A stretch of DNA of 39,032 bases. Source: Octopus bimaculoides. Lineage: Eukaryota. Shown in pieces: positions 34,027 through 39,032 of the stretch (position 1 is the stretch's first letter; the number at the start of each line of letters is the position of its first letter). A program made the translations under genes and the position numbers. The stretch is taken from NCBI RefSeq assembly GCF_001194135.2, contig NC_068997.1, forward strand, positions 7,202,048 to 7,241,079, in the 5' to 3' direction. The notes beneath the pieces are model-generated. The model was not told the origin of the DNA and did no database searches. It saw nothing but the letters and a program-made list of their open reading frames with translations.

Positions 34027-37000
34027 CATCATCCAGTCAATGTATTGTAACTATTAAAAACAGTTGAACCAAGGATTGGATAGGGTGAGTGGGTAGGTAA
34101 GTTTGCAAAGGGGTGGGAGGGAGGTGGAGTGGAGACAATGTAATGAGTGGACAGAAAAGAAAGGGTGGGAGTTGTTGGGGGGATATGCTGTGGGAAAGAG
34201 ATTCAAGAGGGACACATTGTGTGCAAGCAGGTTTGTGAGGGTGCAAAGGGAATTAGAGGAAAAGGAAATGCAGTGAGTGATGAACTTAGGTAGCGGGGAC
34301 AAGCGACTAGGCTCTATCTGGGGATGAGTGATTAGGTTCTATCTGGGGACGAGCGACTAGGCTCTATTTGGGGACGAGTGACTAGGCTCTATTTGGGGAC
34401 GAGTGATTAGGTTCTATCTGGGGACAAGCGACTAGGCTCTATCTGGGGGGACGAGCGACTAGGCTCTATCTGGGGACGAGCGACTAGGCTCTATCTGGGG
34501 AGGAGCGACTAGGCTCTATCTGGGGAGGAGCGACTAGGCTCTATCTGGGGAGGAGCGACTAGGCTCTATCTGGGGAGGAGCGACTAGGCTCTATCTGGGG
34601 AGGAGCGACTAGGCTCTATCTGGGGACGAGTGACTAGGCTCTATCTGGGGACGAGTGACTAGGCTCTATCTGGGGAAGAGCGACTAGGCTCTATCTGAGG
34701 ACAAGTGACTAGGTTCTATCCCACTCCGCCAGATATTTTAAGCATGTTTGCTGTAATTCCTGATGGGCTTTCTCCTTAATTGCTTTATCATTTATGCTAC
34801 TGTCATGCTACTGGATAGCTGGTCCCTTTGTGGGGGGGTCCACATTAGGAAGACTCTCCTTTTCCCATGCCTTCTTTGTATTTTGCTGCTCTTCATAGTG
34901 ATACTTCCAATCCTGTTTCTCTTTTCTTTTTTTCTTTCTAAACTAATTACAGTTAGAAAACATTCCCCGTTTTATATAAGGTCTTATTTCTTGTTTGATG
35001 CATAAATTTATAGAACTTTATAAAATTGGTTTATTATGCTAAAAATTTTGGTTGTCTAAATTTTACTTCCATAGTTAAGTGTAATGCTTGAACAAATGTA
35101 GCAGACATAATAAAACTGTAGAAAATAATTCCACTACTGAAATAATATATTGCTAAATCTCTCACAGAGATTTATGCAGTAGCAGCATGATAAAGTGATG
35201 GTATGTTGTCAACTTAATGTGACAGTCCCATGAAAGGGAAGACTGCTACTGTTATTTAGCCCTAGGAAACACCATTTCCTGTTGGACTTGACACATAAGG
35301 ATACAGGAAATGTGTCAAGTCCAACAGGAAACAGTGTTTCCTAGGACTAAATAACAGTAGCAGTCTTTCCTTTCATGGGACTGTCACGTTAAGTTGACAA
35401 CATACTATCACTTTAATTCTGCCATTGTTACCTTCTCTGGTGGTTGAGTTTATTTTAAGTTTTATTTACCTGTCTCTCTTTGGCAGACTGTATTTGCAAC
35501 AAAAAACAAAACAGACAACTTATTTTACTTAAGATCTCTGTATGCCATTAATGTTTTTCTCTCCATGTTACGCCATTAATGTTTTTCTCTCTCCATGTTA
35601 TAGGTATTGTACAGTTGTTGCAAGCTCGATCCTCCAGACGTTTGCTAATGAGTCGTCTCACTCCTGACATGGAAAACAAATTGATGTTTTTAACAACCAA
35701 GGTGATGTCAAGTTTTTCACATGTCTCAAATTCTTTGTCTTCTAACAAACTATAGTTAATCACAAAACCTTTATAATTAAAGAGCAAATTGTGCCCTGAA
35801 TGAATTCCCGTTGTCCACGGCTACGGAAAATATCTGTTTTTCAACTGTTCTTCCTTGTTTTGGTAATTTTTAACATTTAGCATTTATTTCTTGTTCTCGT
35901 CAAAAACCAGAAGGGTTTTAGTATTTTGAGACATTGTTAATTTTATAAGCATGTTTGAAACATTAGCCTAACTTTATGAATATATTTCCACTCATTTCTT
36001 TACTGAATTATCAAATCTAAACATTGCTTCTTTTTTGTCTTTAATTTCAGGTGAAATTTGGGCAACATAAACGTTATCAAGATTGGTTCCAAAGACAGGT
36101 ACTTATAAACGGAATCTGTGCATGTTTATATGTGTGTGTGTGTGTGGCCTGCCTGCCTAGCCAGGAGGGTGCTATCATTTGAAAGCTACAGCAATGCAAG
36201 AAAATGCCTTGTGAGCAGCAGTGTATAACATCTGGTTGATAGAGCGATATATTATATATAAGTTCTTAGGATTGTCAGAAAATCTGTCAAGTGTTGATGA
36301 CACAAACAATACTCCTTTTGTTGTTGTAGTTAACAAAAAAGGAAGACATAAATTTATCAAAATGTTTTGTCAAATTCAGCTTGAAACAGTGTCAATGGAA
36401 TTATCACAAGACATGTGAGTGTTGTGTGTCAAAGACTTTTGCACTGCGAAACTCTTACATTCCATGTCACTACAAGGAAAACATGCTGTGGAATTATTGG
36501 TGAATATAATGATCTTTACATAAAATCATATGCATCCATTATTCTATTATGTCCACAATTTAGTTTTGAACTAGTTAGATATATGCTGCAGTTGAAATAT
36601 GAAGAGTTTAGTCTTTACGAGTGGTAGGCCTGGGCTATCACCCAGTTTTATCTGGATCTGGTGGTGACTTTAGCAGGTTTCACTTTGTTGTAAACATTCA
36701 CACCCTGCTCCCACCTGTTTTTTTTTTTCATGCAGATATTTAGGCCGGGCATCAGTCAGCCACATCAACATCAATCTGACTAGTTTGGTTTCCTTCAAAG
36801 ACCAAACCTACTCTCGTTTGAATCCCAATCATAAAATAATAAAATAATGCATTGTTTTGGTTATAACCTGATATTCATTTTAAGGTTCCATTATTAAGTT
36901 TTCATTTTACATATAATACTTATTGTGAAGGTGCGTGGCCTAGTCATTAGGGGTGTTGCGCTCACAGTCATGAGAATGTGGGTTCAATTCCCAGATCGAC

Positions 37001-37687
37001 TGCTCATTGTGTTCTTCAGTAAAACATTTCATTTCACATTGCAATGGATTAGACTTTGGACCTGGGGCAATATTCACCTGCTCACCTGATCAAATGCTAA
37101 AGCGATGCAAAGTGCATTATGATCTGTGATGTAAAAACAACATCCAATAGTCTGGTCAGTCACATGATACATATTAAAGTTGAAATATAAAAAGAAATTA
37201 TTCTGTTTTTCTTTATTTTCTATTGTAATGGCTTTAGTGTCTTCTCTTCTTATAATGCTTTTGTGATAAAGTATTGACTATGTTCTAAATGAAGACATTG
37301 CTATAAGGAATTACCAGAGAATTATCAGTTCAACCACAAATAAGGCTTTTAGCAGTCTGGTGTTTTGGGTTGTGTTATAGCAATTGATGGATGAACATTT
37401 CTTATTCTCCAAACAGACAATTTACAAATGGCATAAAATATGTATATTATACAATCTATTAAAATATGTATTCATATTATTGACAAAACAATGATGTTTC
37501 CTTGTTTTACACAACTTTTAATTTTATTTCTGTTTCTTTACAGTATCTTTCCACACCTGAAAGCCAGTCTTTACGCTGTGATTTGATACGATATATTTGT
37601 GCTGTGTTTCATCCGACCAATGAGCTCCTTTGTTCAGAGATTATACCTCGCTGGGCTGTGATTGGTTGGCTACTCACAACATGCACA
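22284..37687 (+). CDS. INTS3: Integrator complex subunit 3 (SOSS-A), 5' part of gene; join(22284-22358,27499-27582,28185-28268,29410-29523,30709-30793,31765-31831,32161-32302,33796-33928,35604-35701,36051-36098,37544-37687); 3' exons lie beyond the window
   Basis: Manually spliced 358-codon open frame with GT-AG introns. Peptides match INTS3 as recalled, e.g. [78 protein letters not shown]. Confidence 0.96.
23608..23935 (-). mobile_element. RTE 3'-tail copy, antisense in INTS3 intron 1
   Basis: catcatttagcgtccgttttccatgctggcatgggttggacgg...gatgcccttcct. Confidence 0.85.
25228..25302 (+). mobile_element. Short RTE tail copy
   Basis: ctcagtcaaaccgtccaacatatgccagcatggaaagcggacgttaaatgatgatg. 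Confidence 0.8.
25572..26818 (-). mobile_element. Full-length (1247 bp) inactive mariner transposon, DD34D, antisense in INTS3 intron 1
   Basis: TIRs ttaggttggcaactaagctcctgccgttttt and (rc) ttgggttgagaactaagttcccgccctttt, each flanked by TA. Transposase starts at ATG 26671 and retains TGDEKW, HDN-x-SPDLAPTD (34 residues between the 2nd and 3rd D) and HTH regions, but has a frameshift after MEC, several stops and no WVPH motif. Confidence 0.95.
27140..27272 (-). mobile_element. tRNA-headed SINE fragment
   Basis: Reverse complement gaaggcacatggcctagtggttagggtgttacactcac...gggttcaattcgc (A and B boxes). Confidence 0.65.
27499..27582 (+). CDS. INTS3: INTS3 coding exon 2 ([28 protein letters not shown])
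   Basis: ttgcag| acceptor, |gtaagt donor; matches GVSEREANDALNAY. Confidence 0.95.
27645..27984 (+). mobile_element. RTE 3'-UTR copy with three internal subunits and (GAT)n tail, INTS3 intron 2
   Basis: Three units ending ..ggtggc(a/g)c(a/g)taaaaagcacc, then cactacactc..aggaagggcatccagc..ttaaatgatgatgatg. Confidence 0.9.
28185..28268 (+). CDS. INTS3: INTS3 coding exon 3 ([28 protein letters not shown])
   Basis: poly-T tract + ccag| acceptor, |gtaaag donor; matches VCKGLPQHEEICLGL. Confidence 0.95.
28438..28745 (+). mobile_element. tRNA-headed CORE-like SINE, INTS3 intron 3
   Basis: gaaggtgcatggcttactgattaag..gagttcaattccc..tgtgtccttgagcaagacacttta. Confidence 0.8.
28914..29009 (+). mobile_element. 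tRNA-headed SINE 5' end, cut off by a gap
   Basis: aggcgcaggagtggctgtgtggtaag..gggttcagtccc..ccttgggcaagtatcttcta. Confidence 0.7.
29410..29523 (+). CDS. INTS3: INTS3 coding exon 4 ([38 protein letters not shown])
   Basis: tttttacag| acceptor, |gtaatt donor; matches CYRDLALVSRDGM. Confidence 0.95.
30097..30537 (+). mobile_element. RTE 3'-UTR copy with (GAT)n tail, INTS3 intron 4
   Basis: Colinear with 1290-1554; three internal subunits. Confidence 0.9.
30709..30793 (+). CDS. INTS3: INTS3 coding exon 5 ([29 protein letters not shown])
   Basis: ttctcag| acceptor; donor G|gtc runs into the N-gap so only its first 3 nt are visible; phase 1 fits exon 6. Confidence 0.92.
31765..31831 (+). CDS. 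INTS3: INTS3 coding exon 6 ([23 protein letters not shown])
   Basis: ttttaag| acceptor, |gtaaga donor; matches GGDVTAKNIWLAESVLDIL. Confidence 0.95.
32161..32302 (+). CDS. INTS3: INTS3 coding exon 7 ([25 protein letters not shown]...[13 protein letters not shown])
   Basis: tttgtag| acceptor, |gtaaaa donor; VYTYLR and [10 protein letters not shown] motifs. Confidence 0.95.
32345..32510. repeat. Compound tandem repeat: three copies of atatttgtaggtgtat separated by (TA)/(TG) microsatellites
   Basis: tatttgtaggtgtat occurs three times at roughly 60-75 nt spacing. Confidence 0.8.
33796..33928 (+). CDS. INTS3: INTS3 coding exon 8 ([45 protein letters not shown])
   Basis: ttttcag| acceptor, |gtaaaa donor; explains ORF 33829-34050. 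Confidence 0.97.
34295..34720. repeat. Minisatellite, 17 x 25-bp unit (consensus ggggacgagcgactaggctctatct), INTS3 intron 8
   Basis: Directly countable head-to-tail units; units 9-13 identical (ggggaggag variant); unit 7 has two extra G. Confidence 0.97.
35191..35415. repeat. Long inverted repeat: 106-bp arms, 13-nt loop, 6 mismatches
   Basis: 35191-35296 is the reverse complement of 35310-35415. Confidence 0.97.
35544..35600 (+). repeat. Tandem duplication (27 + 29 bp) of the polypyrimidine tract before INTS3 exon 9
   Basis: gccattaatgtttttctctccatgtta-c-gccattaatgtttttctctctccatgtta-tag. Confidence 0.9.
35604..35701 (+). CDS. INTS3: INTS3 coding exon 9 ([33 protein letters not shown])
   Basis: gttatag| acceptor, |gtgatg donor; RLTPDME motif. 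Confidence 0.95.
36051..36098 (+). CDS. INTS3: INTS3 coding exon 10 ([16 protein letters not shown])
   Basis: aatttcag| acceptor, |gtactt donor; near-identical to [16 protein letters not shown]. Confidence 0.95.
36926..37170 (+). mobile_element. Diverged tRNA-headed CORE-like SINE
   Basis: gaaggtgcgtggcctagtcattaggg..gggttcaattccc..tgtgttcttcagtaaaacattt. Confidence 0.65.
37544..37687 (+). CDS. INTS3: INTS3 coding exon 11 ([48 protein letters not shown])
   Basis: ctttacag| acceptor, |gtaagc donor; explains ORF 37502-37750. Confidence 0.97.
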
Positions 37688-38066
37688 GTAAGCTGCATTT
37701 ATATTATCAGTTGCTTTGTGTCCTTTGAAATAGAAAACTTTCTCTGTTAATTGATATATAATTCTTAATGTTGGAAATCAATATAAACATGCAGCCTTTT
37801 GCTAAGATTAAAGTGGTGTGTGTGTGTGTATGTGGATATATATAAATGTGTTTGTAGTATATCTTGGACAATAACCTCCACTCAAGATTGAAGTCAAAAC
37901 AAGACATGAGAGGAAAATTGGGTTGATGAAAATTGCATGGAGACTCATCACATTGTCTCTGAAGACACCTGCTCAAGCTATGCACAAGGGATGGAATTGA
38001 ACCCTGAAGTATGTGGTTGCAAAGTGAACCCCTTAACTACACCACCATATATATATATATATATAT

Positions 38067-38365
38067 ATCATCATCATCATCATTTTAACAGCCACTTTTC
38101 CAGGCTTGCATGGGTCCAGTGTGGCCTTGCAGGTTACCAGTTTGTGTTGTCCAACCCATGCCAGCATGGAAATCAGACATTAAATGATGATGATGATGAT
38201 GATATTTTCAATGACCAGATGCCTTTCCTGTCACCAACCCTTACCTATTTCCAAACAAGGGAATATCCCCCACTCCAGCCCAGACATGTTTTTCATAGAA
38301 AACTCGAAATAAACAACACCACTTGTGTGATGGTGATGCTCATTTACATCTATCACCCGATGTCT
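38067..38365 (-). mobile_element. Retroposon copy with a nested, oppositely oriented RTE tail (38130-38203)
   Basis: (CAT)n-ttttaacagccacttttcc..gcatgggt on the left; acccatgccagcatggaaa..ttaaat(GAT)n inserted; host resumes at cagatgcctttcctgtcaccaaccc. Confidence 0.7.
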
Positions 38366-38484
38366 TGAAAAAATGAGGTAATTCTTATAGAAGAAAGGTG
38401 TTCTATAACTTTTCTTGGTGAATGTGTTGAAGAAGTTTATCCAAGAAATCTAAAGGTCACCATATACAAATCTTTCCTTTTGCG

Positions 38485-38523
<39 letters not shown>

Positions 38524-38532
38524 CACACACAC

Positions 38533-38648
38533 ATTATTTACATTATTTTCATTTGACAGATATCTGTCCTCATCTTCAGCCTTCATCAGGTGTCTTGGGG
38601 GAAATTTCGAACCTGGGTTCTCATTCCTAAGGTATTTTTCGATGTTAT
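38533..38648 (-). mobile_element. Partial, internally deleted copy of the hammerhead-bearing repeat body
   Basis: Reverse complement aacatcgaaaaataccttaggaatgagaacccaggttcgaaatttcccccaagacacCTGATGAaggctg|aagatgaggacagatatctgtcaaatg matches 38849-38990 apart from one internal deletion. Confidence 0.85.
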
Positions 38649-38727
38649 ATATCATTATGACAGTCCTCTATAAAATCATATCTTGATCCATTCATAGACC
38701 TCAAAATATCATTATTATTATTATTAT

Positions 38728-38818
38728 GCCCATGGGTATATGGCGTAGTGGTTAAGAGCGCAGGCTACTAACCCTAAGATTCCGAGTTCGATTCCAGGCA
38801 GTGACCTGAATGATGATG

Positions 38819-38849
<31 letters not shown>

Positions 38850-39022
38850 CAACATTGAAAAATACCTTTGGAACGAGAACCCAGGTTTGAAATTTCTCTA
38901 AGACACCCGATGAAGGCCGGAGAGTACATCAGCCGAAATGTTGAGTTAACAAACAAGACGAGGACAAATATCCGTCAAATGTAAATAACGTACATAATTC
39001 CTCATCTCTTAAATATAGAACT
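38728..39022 (+). mobile_element. tRNA-headed SINE with microsatellite linker and degenerate type I hammerhead-like motif
   Basis: A box tggcgtagtggt (38741), B box gagttcgattcc (38784), (GAT/AAT/AAC)n linker, body with gacac-ccgatga-a-ggccg..cagcc-gaaa-tgt-t-gagtt (38902-38947). Confidence 0.75.
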
Positions 39023-39032
39023 ATATATATAT

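Noticed and set aside
34295-34720. CRISPR-like regular repeat array
   Set aside because: Units are contiguous with no unique spacers, there are no cas genes, and the context is a eukaryotic intron; it is a minisatellite.
36270-36414. Cryptic exon in INTS3 intron 10 (ttcttag|..cat|gtgagt), overlapping ORF 36221-36418
   Set aside because: Weak acceptor, in-frame stop, no similarity to INTS3; exons 10 and 11 already join in frame.
38736-38806. tRNA gene
   Set aside because: A and B boxes are present but I could not build a proper acceptor stem, and it runs into a repeat body; treated as a SINE head.

Overview
AT-rich eukaryotic genomic DNA with four N-gaps and many microsatellites. The repeat content resembles coleoid cephalopod DNA, most likely Octopus (inference). 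The right half holds the first 11 coding exons (1074 nt, 358 codons, all GT-AG, phases consistent) of Integrator complex subunit 3 (INTS3/SOSS-A) on the + strand; the gene continues past the window. The left half may hold an unidentified minus-strand gene arranged head-to-head with INTS3, with its main coding exon mostly hidden in the 12189-12765 gap. The rest is transposon-derived: two internally deleted RTE LINEs, many RTE 3'-tail copies, a CR1-like fragment, tRNA/CORE-type SINEs, a full-length dead DD34D mariner, and mariner and Tigger remnants. The most interesting observations are (1) a tRNA-headed SINE carrying a degenerate Penelope-type minimal hammerhead ribozyme, with a second inverted partial copy, (2) a 106-bp-arm fold-back hairpin in an INTS3 intron, (3) a C4HC3 PHD finger inside an RTE reverse-transcriptase region, and (4) a bipartite 5'+3' RTE derivative. 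No database searches were run; family assignments rest on motif recognition from memory.
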